From positions 306,466,001-306,530,000 of the forward strand of contig OZ024740.1 of the NCBI GenBank assembly GCA_964016885.1: 64,000 nt of DNA. Reading direction: 5' to 3'. Numbering within the stretch: position 1 is the first letter of the stretch; each line of letters opens with the position of its first letter. A model generated the notes under the pieces. It searched no databases. It had not been told where the DNA came from and saw only the letters and a list, made by a program, of their open reading frames with translations. The position numbers and the translations under genes were made by a program. This document shows, piece by piece, positions 38,887-52,897 of this stretch. The DNA comes from Eledone cirrhosa (taxonomy: Eukaryota).

Positions 38887-39939
38887 GGGGGGGGCTAGAG
38901 AAAGATATGCAGTAGAATCACGGTAAACAAGAACAGAAAAAAAGATACATAGTACCATGATTACCTCATATTGAGATCAAAATATTATTTTTTAACATTA
39001 TATTAGAAAGAGTCGGGGCCCGACGGTTGAGCTCTTGCCATTTCAACAGCCAGTTCCAGAGTTCCAGCCAGTTCTAAATATCAAGTACACTGTTGAGTAA
39101 TAGCCTGACTAGTTTAAAACTGGTTCTATCCAGATGTTCTTACCATTAGAAACACTAGGTGATATTTCAAAGTCCTGAACATTTAAAAATAATCCATTGT
39201 CAGTCCTATTCCTGTTATCAATAAGTCCGATATGAATTTGTGATAAGGAAGCTTTTCTAGCTGTGGACTTTTTCATTAACTTTCATTGAGCAATAGTATC
39301 CCTTCTGTTTGTTCTATCAGTTTTCTTTGTATTTGTATCTGTAGCTGTTGCTGAACAGCTGGTCCCAGTCCGTCTGGTTTCCGCATGCACCACGGTGAAC
39401 AGACACAAAACCAACCAATTGCAATTACACGCCCGTGAGCCTACACACACAACACAGAAACACGATAAATAAGTACATATTCGTACAGGCACGTACATAA
39501 TTGAACATGCCACAAACAAAATACATGTAAATACCAGACACAAGAAGGAAAAAGACAGTCACGAAAAAAATAATTGAAAATGCCACAGTTGTGCAGTGAA
39601 AGACAATAAAATGAAAAACAAGTGCATATATGTTTACTACCTAACTGACCCCTGCAAAGTACAATATATGTTTCAATACACGATTCACATCAAGAATCTT
39701 GTAAAACAAATACAAATATATTTACATACACACACACATGCAAACATACATACACATGTACACACGCACACGCACACATATGAAAAATTTGGCACCCCGA
39801 CGGCGTTTCAACAGCTAGATCCGAACGGGGCCCCAAATTTTTCATATTACCCACTCTACTGCCCTAAGTATCGAGTACTCTGGTGAGTAATGGTCTAACT
39901 GGTTTTTACCGCCTCCATTCTGATATATATATACATACA

Positions 39940-39989
<50 letters not shown>

Positions 39990-40042
39990 GATCTAGCTGT
40001 CGAAACGACCGGAGCTCAGCCGTCGGGGTCCTGAGTCTTTTC

Positions 40043-40102
<60 letters not shown>

Positions 40103-40105
<3 letters not shown>

Positions 40106-40213
40106 AGACGTAAAATAAGAAAATTATAAAATTATAAAATTAACTTACTTACTAAAATATCACATTTTAGTAAGTAAGTTAATTTTATAATTTTCTTATT
40201 TTACGTCTCTTAT
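40103..40213. repeat. AT-rich fold-back hairpin adjoining (TA)n
   Basis: aagagacgtaaaataagaaaatt...acttactaaaat / attttagtaagt...ttttacgtctctt. Confidence 0.8.
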
Positions 40214-40458
40214 ATTATTGTTCTGCAACCCCATGCATTGAACCACACTGTTACTAAGACAAAACCTATATATTTGCTAGCATTGATATGCATCTGTATG
40301 TATATATATATGTTACTAGATATGAATTCTTTATTATATATATATATATATATGTATTGAAATTTCCGTTGGAAACAGAAAAGGTCATAGAAATGAAGAG
40401 TGCTCTATGTAAGTATCAGAGCAAAATTTAATGTATAAAAATCAATACAATATAATTA

Positions 40459-40528
40459 CCTCATTACCAGAGGTTTCCCGAATGAGGCGAATACGAAATA
40501 AACGACTTCATTCGTTCGTCAGACGAGG
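40459..40528 (-). ncRNA. Type-I hammerhead ribozyme, intact core
   Basis: Reverse complement: cctcgt-CTGACGA-a-cgaatga...tcattcg-g-GAAA-cctctgg-TA-atgagg. Confidence 0.8.
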
Positions 40529-41256
40529 CATATAATATATATTCATATGTATATATATACATAAATAAATACATACGTATATACATACATACTTATAAAT
40601 ACGTATGTGTGTGTGTGTGTGTGCATGCGAGTGTGTGTATATAAAAAGCGAAAGAGATGATAAAAAGCGAAAGAAATGATAAAAAGACAGTGGATCGTTA
40701 AGATGTAAAGCGGGAGATGGAGTATGTAAGAGACAAGATAACATAGCTAGAGAGAATATATAAGAGACAGAAGATTATCTAGCTCTAGAAATGTGATGCG
40801 GAGTACACGTTTGATATGTTAGACGTTTTGTCGGCATTTGCTGAAATATTTTTCGCTGATGCAGCACTATTTCACATCGCTGTTGAATGTTCTTATTTGT
40901 TATTGTTACTGTTTTATTGTTTTTGCTACTTCAGAGCTGTGCTTTTGGTTTTGTTCTTTTTGTCCTGGTTGTTGTCGTTGTTATAGTTTTAGTTGTTATT
41001 ATAGTTGCAATTGAAAATGAATATCTTGGGTTTAATTTCTCAGTCAATTGTGAGACGCTATTGTTGAGTCTAGCCGTGACGTAATGGTTACTATTTTTTT
41101 TTTTTTACATTTTTTTTTTTACATTTTGTTGACGGTAGTTATAATATTAACATAGTAATGTTACAATGGTGGTAGAGTGACTTGTTCAACTGCCTTTCAC
41201 TTTCATATAGATATCATAGATAGATAGATAGACAGACATATATGCTCACATTCATT

Positions 41257-41364
<108 letters not shown>

Positions 41365-41552
41365 TATGTGCGAGCGTGTGTGTGTGTATGCATGTTTATA
41401 TATATATATAAAGCATTTCCTGCAAAGGTCGACTGACAGATATTCAAGCTGAACATGAGCCGCATCGATCTCACTAGTTTCGAAAGCTTACAAATGTCAT
41501 AGATAGAACACTACTCCTGATCAACACACACACATACATACATACATACATA

Positions 41553-41910
41553 CATGGTGGCTGCCAACTCGTTTTCGAGTACGGCCACTACTTTATATCC
41601 ATGTAGGAGAACCCCTACCGATGCGCTGAACGAGTGTGACTTTTTAGTCCAGACAGCAACTTGAAAACTCTGGTACAAACACTACACTTGTGACAATTAT
41701 TGACACATAGTGCTGGGCCCATGGTACCATGTGATGACAAGTGCAGAGAGATCTCCAGATATAAAGCAATACCTGTGCCGTGAATCTTTTATAGTGAGCA
41801 AAGGCACTGCACAAAGCCAGTCCCACTCTCTTAACCATACATACATACATACAAACATACATACATACATGATGGCTGCCTCCTCGTTATCGAGTATGGC
41901 CATTGCACGA
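41553..41910. mobile_element. Unclassified dispersed repeat (also 52283-52655 inverted and 29925-30185)
   Basis: atggtggctgccaactcg...gcactgcacaaagccagtcccactctcttaacca is highly similar between copies and associated with (CATA)n. Confidence 0.7.
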
Positions 41911-42077
41911 AAAAAAAAATATATATATACATATATATTAATAACAATAATAATAATAATAACAACAATAATAATAACGACAACAACAACAATAATAATA
42001 TACACATATATATATATATATATACACACACGCACACACATAAACATATCTATACACACACACACACACGATAGCAA

Positions 42078-43160
42078 CTAACAGCGCTGCGATCGAATGT
42101 GGCTTTTTAGCCCATCCAATGATCTAAAATGTCTTGCACAGAGTCGGCACCCAAAACATTCACTGGGAATAGCCGGCTGTGGTTGGAGTTCATGTACTTT
42201 TGCATGTCGTTTGAGCCCTCCTGCTGATTTATATTCTCTACCACATGCTTGGCAAGCATGATGAGTAGCATCTCCAACAGCAGTCTGGTAGCCAACCACT
42301 GGTCTTACTTTATGACTGCGAAGATGACTTTCGAGTCCAGCTTTGCTTAGGCAGAGTCTCGCACAGACGCTGCATGTCAGCACCATAGGAAAACCCTCTC
42401 CGTCTGGAAGTGCAACAGCAATGCCCTTCCTCACATCCCGCTTTACTTTCTCGTATGCGATTCGAGATGCCTCAAAGGCAACTTTTCCCTCATATACAGT
42501 CTTTCTCCATTTATTACAATCATCAGCAATATTTTCCCATGTATCAGCAGAGATGTTAGCGTCTTTCAAAGAGGTTTTCAAGGAATCCTTATACCTCTTT
42601 TTTGGTTTATGTGGCGGTCGTTTTCCTTTACCTAACTCTCCATAAAAGAGTTGTTTTGGTATTCTAGAATCCTTCATCCTGGCAAGGTGACCACTCCAAC
42701 GGAGTCGTTGCTTAAGCACAAGAGCTTCTATACTGTCACACATAGAGCTTTCCAAAATCTCGATATCACTGATGTGGTCCCTCCAGTGAACGCCATGGAT
42801 CCGTCTGAGACACATCTGATGGAAACACTCCAATTGCTTAAGGTGGTGTCGATATGTGACCCAGGTCTCGCAGGCATAAAGAAGAGAAGAGAGCACACAT
42901 GCCTTGTACACCTTTACCGTTGTCTTCTTGCATATGTCTCGCCGACCCCAGAGTCGCCTTTCTAGCTTTCCGAAAGCAACACTTGCTTTCCTAATCCTAA
43001 GTGAGATTTCACTATCAAGGTTGCTGTATCGATTGACAGTGCTTCCCAGGTAGACAAACTGATCAACCACTCCAAGTCGTTTACCATACACATAGATATT
43101 TGGTTCACTCTACTGCTTACCAGGAGCAGCTTGGTACATGACGACGGTTTTCTTGAGACT
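42078..43160 (-). mobile_element. 5'-truncated RTE (BovB-like) LINE ORF: RT thumb plus three C-terminal C2H2 zinc fingers
   Basis: VDQFVYLGS, AFGKL, VYKACVLSSLLYACETW, LRWSGHLARM..RIPKQLFYGEL, then CSVC..HLRSH, CQAC..HAKVH and CRLC..HIRS. Open for 337 aa. Confidence 0.9.
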
Positions 43161-43564
43161 GACATTAGACATTACACACTGGTCCGTGGGTTGTATTGGT
43201 GAATGAGAGGAAATGGTGATTGGTGCCAAGCAAATAAATTAGTTCGACGGAAATACAGGGGTGGTCTGGAGTATTAACAATCAGCAATAATACCTTAAGT
43301 TATGTTCTTTGCAATAATGTATCACCGTTGGACCAGAGTATGAAAAAGTCCACAGTGTGAAAAGTTCTATCGACACTCAGGCCTTCCTGTTTGATTTCTA
43401 AATCGCAAGTAGATACCGTTATTATATTTCTTTCATTAGTCGTAGTGTTTCTAAATGATAAACGAGAACTGACTGCAGCTTAAAGCTTCTTGAAGTGTCG
43501 TCAAGTAGTGCAAATGGTCTTTAAACAAGAAGCGGTTTTATTTTCTTATTGGAGATAGAATTAT

Positions 43565-44390
43565 GGGATGGCATTATATCAGTAGAGAGTCGGACGTCAT
43601 GCTTTGACGCATAGAGTTACGGCCCTTTCCAATCTGAGTTCAAATCCCGCCGAGGTAAACTTTGCCTTTCATCCTTACGGGGTCGATAAAATAAAGTACA
43701 AGTAATACACTGGGTATTTGTTGGCCTTGTGCCAAAAGTAGAAACAATTATTTTCGTAAAAGACATTTCAACTAGATTTAACGCAAATTGGGGAGGGTAG
43801 TTACCACTCTCGATGATACTCTTAAGTACCCAGGGAAATTGCTTGGCTGATTGGCTGTCTGCTTTTGCAGTTTCACTAAACAAAGTTCTGTGTAGGTTGT
43901 CATCGTTTGGATTTTTTCACCAGCAACTGCTTGCTGTAGATACATCTGAATTATTTCCTTCTTTTTATAAGTGGCTGAAGATCTTCTTTCCTTTGTATAT
44001 GTTACAGCGCCGGACAAATATTTAGCATTATTTGTCCCTGGCAGTATCGGTAGAGGGTCGGACTCCATGCTTTGCAGTATAGAGTTATAGCCCTTTACGG
44101 TCTGAATTAAAATCCCTCCGAGGTTAACTTTGCCTTTCATCCTTACAGGGTCGATAAAATAAAGCATCTAAATGCACTGGGATAATTGCTGGCCTTGTGC
44201 CAAAAGTAGAAACAATTATTTGTTCTGGTTCTTTAGGTTCTCAGTTCAAATCCTGTCACGGTCATCTTTGCCTTTCATCCCCTTCTGGTGTTGATAAAAT
44301 AAAGTACCAATAAAGTAGTGGGGGTGATACAATCCACTTCCCTTTCTCCAAACATTGCAGGCTTTGTGCCTACATTAAAAAATCATTATA
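43565..44390 (+). mobile_element. SINE family 1 copies (43565-43750, 44040-44220, 44235-44390)
   Basis: Conserved core. Further copies at 48505-48700, 55230-55322, 56837-57025 and 59190-59297. Confidence 0.85.
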
Positions 44391-45059
44391 TGTTGACTTA
44401 GTGACATGTTGTATTGTGTTTTGTTGTCCACCCATATAGCAAGAATACTTTCCATTTTTTTCAAAAAATCTGCTCATTGAACAAGTCACTTTCTTGTTTA
44501 CAGATAACTATGGAGTTGCCATGACAGTAACTTTAATTTTGTCGACATTTTACTAATTTTTGACGTACCCTAGTTTAAAGATCTACCCACATACATCTGA
44601 TGTTTATCAGTTTCTAATCGGCTAAACCAGAGGTTCTCAAACTGTTTGGACCTCCCCCACTCACGGTCACGTAATACCCTCAGCATCCCCACCCATATTT
44701 CCAGAGGGACCTGCCTACACGCAAATTGTAAATAATATATTATAAATAAAAACGTTAATTTATCTATAATAAATAATATAATTTATACTATGTATAAATA
44801 AATATTATATATTTTTTATTTTACTATATTTATAAATATGTATCATTTGATATTTAATATACTATTATATAATCTCTACTGCCCCCTGCCCCCTCGACCC
44901 CTTAGGCCCCAGCGCCCCCTGGACCTTCTTAACGCCCCTCGGGGGAGGGGGGCAGTTTTGTTAAACTTTCAGCACTTGGTCGTTTTCCACTCATGATATA
45001 TAAATAATTGTGTGAACAATTTGGGCACGAATGTGAATAACAGTTTTCAACATATTAGT

Positions 45060-48000
45060 GTCGACTGCTCAACGACCTCAAGTCTCTAGAAATGGATGTA
45101 ATTGCCGTCAGCGAGACCAGGATTTCCGACACGCGCGCACTAGCCCCTATTTTCGACGACTATCAGATCTTCGTATCTATTAGTCGGCTGGGAATGGGAG
45201 GTGGGGTGGCAGTGCTGTTTAGGAGGGAAGGCCTGGGTCTCGGGGTAATGTCGATTTTCCGGGACCCGGACGGTAAGCTGGTGGTCCTGGGCGTGAACAA
45301 TAGCGAAGGTGGTGCCTTTAGACTGGTGGCCGTCTACGCCTCTACCGGGGCCGGACGGCCGGACTTCTTTAGCCTTTCTGGGTACGTTTCACCCTCTACT
45401 GTTGGCGGGGGACTTGAATGGCATCTTAGACGTACGCTGGGATTGCGTGGGAGTACCCGATAGGAGCGGGGGGTGGGGGGTGGGGTGCAAAAGCCTCAAG
45501 TACCTGATCAGCCAGTTCTAACTGTCTGGCAGGTATCCGCTAGATTTCCCTAATGCGCCAGTGTGGACCTGGACCAACTACATAGGGTAATCTAGATCGT
45601 ATATAGATAGGATTTTCATTAGGAAAATAGATAGTAATAGTGTAGGCTGTCCACATTTTAAAACGGTCGCCTATTTAGATCAGAATTTTGTGATCTATAT
45701 GGTTGACCGACATAAGACGCATAGGTTAGGACCTGGTTACTGGAAGCTGAACATTTCGTTTCCGGCACGTAAGGCTTACATGGACCGGGTCAACAATTTA
45801 GTTAAGCAAAAGTTGACAGGGATGTCAACAATAGATGGTATTGGTGTTGGTGGTGGTGGTGGGGGGGGGGGGGGTCTCAAAAGAGAGATTAGAGTAATTT
45901 CGATAAAGTTTAGCAAAGAAGTAGTGTTAGAGAAAAATAGAAAGGAGGGGGAGCTGGTAGTTAAGTTAGACGAGGCTATTTTTAGAGGCATAGCAACTGA
46001 CGTGCTAGCGGCGAGAATGGCATTAAACAATTTCTTCAATGCAAAACACAAAAGTTGGATTATCAGAGCAAAGGTGCGTGCTCTGAGAAACGAGGGAACC
46101 AAAGCTGTTCGATGGGCCTGCGTGGCAGAGGCGCAGCATGGTAATAAAACCACAATTCGGTCTTTGGAGGACCGAAACGGACACGAGCTGAGCGATTCCA
46201 GGTGGATGTGTGAGGCCTTTCGCCAGCACTTTGCTCGGTTGTTCGGAGTAAGTGGCGAGTTAGAGACGGTAGCGGACTTCAGTCCCTAACTCGACGGCTT
46301 GCCGCACCTCTCGACGGCCGACGCTGATCGCTGCAAAGGCCAATAACTTCAGCCGAAATTCAGGATGCCCTTGTCGGCTGCACGAGGCGCAAGTCACCCG
46401 GTTTGTATGGTCTTCCCTACGGGCTTTACGTAGATATGCCAGACTTGTTCTCCGATCTCCCCGAAGTACTCTACTGCATCTGGCAGCAGAACGGGAGTAT
46501 TCCCAGTTCTGTGAGTCGGGGTGTAGTGACGTTGATAAGGAAAGACGAGAAAAAGAGGGATACACCAGACAACTTCACGCCCATAACTCTGCTCAACCCA
46601 AAGTTTAACGTGTTAGTGAAGAGGTTGGCGCTTGTCGTCGAGGATTTGGTTGGGGATGCGCAAACTTGCGCAATCCAGACCAGGTCCATATACGACAACC
46701 TCCACCTCATGCGATAAAGAGTGTAGGGTGTAAACCTATCTTCGGTGGGGCTCTGATCAATTTAGATCAATCGAAAGCGTTCGATAGGGTCGACCATCGA
46801 TACCTGGATGTTGTCCTCAAGGCAGTTGGCTTCGGCCCCGTTTTCAGAAGCTGGATCGCTGCAATGCACAGCGGCATCTGCTTGGTGGTCAAAGTTAATG
46901 GCCACCTCTCGGAACCGTTTCAGATCTCCCGATAGATCCATCAAAGGTGCCTTCTCCCCTCCCTTCTGTACGTATTGACTCTTGAGCCTTTACTGCGGAT
47001 GTTGGAGCTGTTGCAGGGCATCCCGCTCGAACCGGGGCGCAGAAAGGCTGTGTCGGCTTATGCGGACGACATCGAACACCTCGGAAATCGAGGTGGTCGG
47101 CAACTTATTGGAGGAATATGAAAGGTTGACGGGAGCGAAACTTAACCCGGAAAAGTCGGTGGGCTTGCAACTCGGCACCTGGAGAGGCAAGTCAATGCCG
47201 CCGTCCAACAGCGTCGTTGGTCGCTGGACGGACCGGTAAAGTTGCTAGGGGTTTGGTTAGAGCCAGACCTCCAGGTGGATACGAATTGGGACCTGGTTAC
47301 GGACAGGGTAGCCAGTTTCACCCAGAAATGGGCTGCGAGGAAGCTATCACTGAAAGGTCGTGCGTCGTGCCTTGCCCCCATCCACGCCTCACCAGCTTGG
47401 AACGGCTCCTCTTCAATTTCTAGTGGAGGGGACGGGTGCCATTGGTGAGGAGGTCCATCTGCTGCCAGCACCCTCTTCGCGGAGGGCTGGGCATGCCGTG
47501 GCCAATGATGCGCAGACATGCGCTGAGGCTGCGGCATCTCCAGATATTCTGCCTAAACGGTGAACAGGTGTGGTCGCCGTTTGTCAGACGGGCCTTTCCG
47601 CAGCTCGTCTCTTTGACCGGGCTGCAGTCCTGGGTCAAGAAGAGACCGAGATTGGGTGACTGGCATCTGGAATGTTGCCAGACACTCACTGCACTCTACC
47701 AGGTGGGCAATGCGGTCAGTGGAACTTCCACTCTCGAGTTCTATAGAGGATTAGTGGTGGGAAAGTGCGCACTAGGAGAGGCTATGAGCGTCGACGAAGT
47801 CGAACTAACCAGTCTGTTCCGGAAGACTTTCGAGCCGGGGACGATGGATAACTTCCAAAAATCCCTCGCTTGACAGTGCTACCGGAGGGCACTGCCGGTT
47901 CGAGAAAAACTCTATAGGCACGGAAGTACTGTCAGATGGACCTGCTCGAGATGCGCGCAGAGCGACGGAACCATTTTGCACGCACTCGTCCAGTGTCCGT

Positions 48001-48130
48001 GTATTACTACTTGTGGAGTAATGTCGAGCAGCTGTTGTCGCGTGTAGAACGGATCCGGTTATCGGCCGAGTCCAAAGTGATGATCGACCCGCCGCCTTCT
48101 TTTGGCCAGGAAGGACAGGCAAGTTTCCTC
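45060..48130 (+). pseudogene. L1/Tx1-clade non-LTR retrotransposon ORF2 (APE endonuclease + RT + C-terminal Cys/His), many frameshifts and stops
   Basis: DVIAVSETR, LAGDLN, WTW, YIDR, GPGYWKLN, PGLYGLP, NFTPITLLN, QTCAI..RSIYDNLHLMR, LDQSKAFDRVDHRYL, AYAD, KLNPEKS, and CSRC...TILHALVQCP. Confidence 0.9.
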
Positions 48131-49677
48131 AATAAATGAAATCATTATTAGTTGATTAGACAAGGGAAGTTGTGCGGATGAACAATAAACGACTCCCAAA
48201 ACAACTTTTCTACGGCGATTTGAATATAGGAAAGATTCTGCAAAGTAAGCCTTAACAAGGATTCAAAGACTGCATTAAATGCAACCCGAAGAGAGAAAAA
48301 ACAACAACAAACCTAAAGATAAATGTGAATGATTCGGAAGATCTTGTGGTATAATAATTGAAGGTATTTCGTTAATACAAGATTTTTTGTACAAACCCCA
48401 CTGTCCCCGTCTATTGTATTGTCCCCTATATGTCGGCCCTTGTGGACAATAAATGAAATCATTAAATGAAACCATTATTATTATTTAAAAAAAAAAGAAA
48501 AACAAGGTGGATTGGCAGTATCGGTAGAGGGTCGGACGCCATGCTTTCCAGCATAGTTACGTCCGTTTACGATCTGAGTTCAAATCCCGCCGAGGTTGAT
48601 TTTGCCTTTCATCCTTACGGGGCCGATAAAATAAAATACCAGTAATGCACTGGGTTATTGCTGGCCTTGTGCCTAAAGTAGAAACAATTATTATTATTCT
48701 TAGTTTCATATCCATCGTAGCAATTGCTCAGTTGCATGAATCTTTCAGACATGAGAATTATACACTAACAAGTTTTAGATTTAGGAAAATAAGTATAAAT
48801 AATAGACAGAAGTGAAAGCTTTATTGCATAGCGCAAACATTATTTAATAATGTTGTGGGTTTAATTTCCACCGATAAAATTTAGCATTATCGACCGAATT
48901 TTGCTCTCTGACTTCACAAACAAGATACGGGAAGCATTATCTGATAGTCTCTTTAATTTTTATGATAATGTTTACTAATATGTTTGATATAATCTTTACA
49001 CAAAAACAATAAAGACTAAAGCGATACTAATAATTGAATGTGATGCGAAACATTGGCGATAACTTGACAAACTTCCATTAGCTTTCAACATTCATTACTT
49101 CATCACACAAGTTCGGCAAGAGCGATATTAAAATCCGCCGACATACGTCAGCTGAAATCGACCAATGAAACAGTGACTCTGTCATTACAACAGGATTTTG
49201 TACAACAAAAGTAAACAAGATATCAACCATTTACAACGCCAATCATTACCCCCACCCCCTCTCTCTCCACGTTTTATTTGACATTCATCGAAAATAATCT
49301 AATCAACAATTTTCAGTTTAAATTTAAACGGAAAGGTTATGTTAGTTAAATCAACATTTTACAGCAGCAACGCCCCCTCCCCACAACAGGGCTACACAGA
49401 TAAAAAGCATGCATAATATAAATATAATTGTGTGTATGTATATATGTATGTATATATGTATGTATATATGTATGTATATATGTATGTGTATATATATATA
49501 TATATGTATATATATATCTATGTATATATGTATATATATATCTATGTATATATATATGTATATATATATATATATGTATGTATATATATATATATGTATG
49601 TATATATATATGTATTATATATGTATATATATATGTATGTATATATGTATATATATATGTGTGTATATATATATATG

Positions 49678-49708
<31 letters not shown>

Positions 49709-49842
49709 GTGTGTATATATATATGTGTGTATATATATATATGTATATATATATGTATGTATATATATGTATTATATATGTATGTATATATATATGAATG
49801 TATATATCTATATATATATACATACATATATATATATTATCA

Positions 49843-50270
49843 TTGCTGTAGTGGAGTCTGTGCTGCTGTACGGGTCTGAGACTTGGACACTGACCAAGAG
49901 ACTCACTCAGATGGTGGATGGGTGCTACACGAGAATGCTGAGGATGGCTCTGAACATTAATCAGTATACACTGAGGATGAAAAACTCAGAGCTGTATGGG
50001 AGCATCCCAAAAGTCAGCTCAAAAGTGACACAGAGGAGACTGAGGTTAACTGGACATGCTCACCGACATCCAGAGTTGACATTGCACTCAGTGCTCCTGT
50101 GGGATCCCCTACATGGACACACTGGAAGACGAAGACCAAGATTAACGTATGTTAATGCCCTAAGGACAGGCATTGGTCTGTTGGAGACGCAGGACATGGC
50201 AGCGATAATGAGGGACAGAGACCGCTGGAGAGAACTCGTCCATAGATCTCGGGAATTTTACCCGCCCTAG
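49843..50270 (+). pseudogene. RTE-type LINE 3' fragment
   Basis: [18 protein letters not shown]...[14 protein letters not shown]...RRLRLTGH...RPRLTY...DRDRWR, followed by an A-tract. Confidence 0.85.
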
Positions 50271-50293
50271 AAAAAAAAAAACTTTATTATATA

Positions 50294-50476
50294 CTAGCAG
50301 TGGTACCCGGCGTTGCACGGGATATGTAAAAACGCAGTTATTCACCTAATGCGGACCTTAGGGTATCAAAAAGTTGAATTTTTTATGTGCATAACACTCC
50401 CTGAAACATAAGTAATACACAAGTAAAGTTTGAAAAACGTCGGTTGGGTACTTATCAAGTTTTAAGGATTCAAACT

Positions 50477-50508
<32 letters not shown>

Positions 50509-50812
50509 GACATCCTCAGGGAAGTGACATAATGTAGACAGTCAGACATACAGACAGATATTATAATGGCGCGACGTTATATGTATGTATCTATCTAAAA
50601 AGAGAAAGACTAAGAATTATAGAGAGAGATCGCTAAATCGCCTAATGTGGTCCCTAGGGCATTGAAAATTTGAAATTTCTTTTCCTCAGAACACTCCCTG
50701 AAACATAAGTATTATATGTGTAAAGTTTGAAAACAGTCGGTTGGGTGGTTCTCGAGTTTTAGGGATTCAAACTCACACACACACAGACAGACATCTTCAG
50801 TTTTATATATAT
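50294..50812 (+). mobile_element. Non-autonomous Helitron/Helentron-like element with internal duplication
   Basis: Starts actagcagtggtacccggcgttgcacggg (short hairpin) and has (CA)n/(CAGA)n near the 3' end. 50345-50520 is repeated at 50640-50800. Confidence 0.5.
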
Positions 50813-50957
50813 AGATATTTCAAAGGTACTGTGTTGTAGCGGTATGTCATATATCAAATCATATATTTTGTCTGATGAGGACGTACTGAAAAAAAACACA
50901 TTACCTTTGAAATATATATAATAAAGTATATGTATATATATATATATGTATATATAT

Positions 50958-51235
50958 AAGTATGTATACGTACATACATATATGTATACAGACGTACAGT
51001 AGTATGTATATATATATACATACATGCACACATATATATATGTACGTATGGATTCACCGAACATTTATTATAATGCTCGGTGTGTTTGTAAACAAACATC
51101 CCGAATTAAGCCTGTACAGTGTCTAGCAACCATCGTTGCTCATTTGTTCAACCCTGACAAACAACCCTGATTTTATTTAAGTAACAGCCGTACTAAGAGT
51201 GAGAAATGAAATTTCGTTTCATTGTTTCCGTTTAT
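50958..51235. repeat. Diverged, rearranged relative of the 454-bp unit
   Basis: tgtatacgtacatacatatatgtatacagacgtacagtag, tttgtaaacaaac and tgttcaaccctgaca, then the inverted tail tactaagagtgagaaatgaaatttcgttt into (TA)n. Confidence 0.75.
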
Positions 51236-51257
51236 ATATATATATATATATATATAT

Positions 51258-51493
51258 AGTAATAATAATAAATTTGAAGACTAAAATCCAAAGAGGGTTG
51301 GATAAGGATAAATATATATCAAATATATAAGAACCGTAGAGCAAATATTTATTAAAATAACAGATTAAAGTTTAAGCAAAGAATCGCTGCTTTCACCCTT
51401 AACGGGATCTTCAGATTGACTTTGTTAGTTTCAGAAGATCCCGTTAAGGGTGAAAGCAGCGATTCTTTGCTTAAACTTTAATCTGTTATTTTA

Positions 51494-51500
<7 letters not shown>
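51258..51500. mobile_element. Fold-back element, same family as 18525-18743
   Basis: Left-arm reverse complement: aat-CTGAAGA-tcccgttaagggt-GAAA-gcagcg-att. Flanked by (TA)n. Confidence 0.75.
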
Positions 51501-51550
<50 letters not shown>

Positions 51551-51704
51551 GGTTTGAAGGTTCACCACTGGATAGAGCTGGTCAGTTCCGTATGGTCAAT
51601 CTTAATGTAATAATATGGAGAGTACTCAACGTAAAGCAGCCTCATGTCATTTTTTAATAATTATTATATTATATATATATATACTGTATATATATGTATA
51701 TATG

Positions 51705-51781
<77 letters not shown>

Positions 51782-52663
51782 GTATGTATATGTATATATA
51801 TATATATATATATATACATATACATACATATATATATGTATATATATGTATGTATATGTATATATATATATGGATGTATATATGTATGTATATGTATATA
51901 TATATATGGATGTATATATGTATGTATATGTATATATATATATGGATGTATATATGTATGTATATATATATATATATGAATGTATATATGTATGTGTGTA
52001 TATATATATGTATATATGTATGTATATATGTATGTATATGTTTATGTCAGGTCACCAGTTGGTGCTACTGGTAACATGTATCCTAGTACAACCTGTCTCA
52101 TGGTCGGGTCGTTGGCGACTAAACTGGCAACCCCACCAAGGTTTCTTGGTGAGGAGGGTGACTTTGGACATCCTGCAGGACTAACAACAAAACCTGTCAA
52201 AGGGCAAAGGAGCTCTTAAGAGTCAATGGCCATCCAAAATCACCGGGAGAGATGACCCCTTAGCCTTTGTCAAGGCAGAATTCTAGAAGAAGGAAACTCT
52301 GATATAACACCTGCAACCCTGATGGTATCCAATGATGTTCACTTGTTCTTCTTTTTGGTAAATATCATCTTGGTTAAGAGAGTAGGACTGACTTTGTGCA
52401 GTGCCTTTGCTCACTATAAAAGCTTCACGGCACAGGCATTGCTTTATATCTGAAGATCTCTCTGCACTTGTCGTCACATGGTACCATGGGCCCAGCACTA
52501 TGTGTCAATAATTGTCACAAGTGCAGTGTTTGTACCAGAGTTTTCAAGTCGCTGGCTGGACTAAAAAGTCACACTCGTTCAGCGCATCGGTAGGGGTTCT
52601 CCTACATGGATATAAAGTAGTGGCCATACTCGTAAACGAGTTGGCAGCCACCATGTATATATG

Positions 52664-52712
<49 letters not shown>

Positions 52713-52831
52713 GTATATATGTTATATATATACATATGTATATATGTATGTATGTATGTATATATATATATATATATGTATATATATGTATGTATATATA
52801 TATATGTATGTATAGTATATATATATATATG

Positions 52832-52893
<62 letters not shown>

Positions 52894-52897
<4 letters not shown>

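Noticed and set aside
43340-43460. 16-bp match atgaaaaagtccacag to the 39.2-kb candidate exon
   Set aside because: Short and AT-rich, and the alignment does not extend convincingly. It may be chance.
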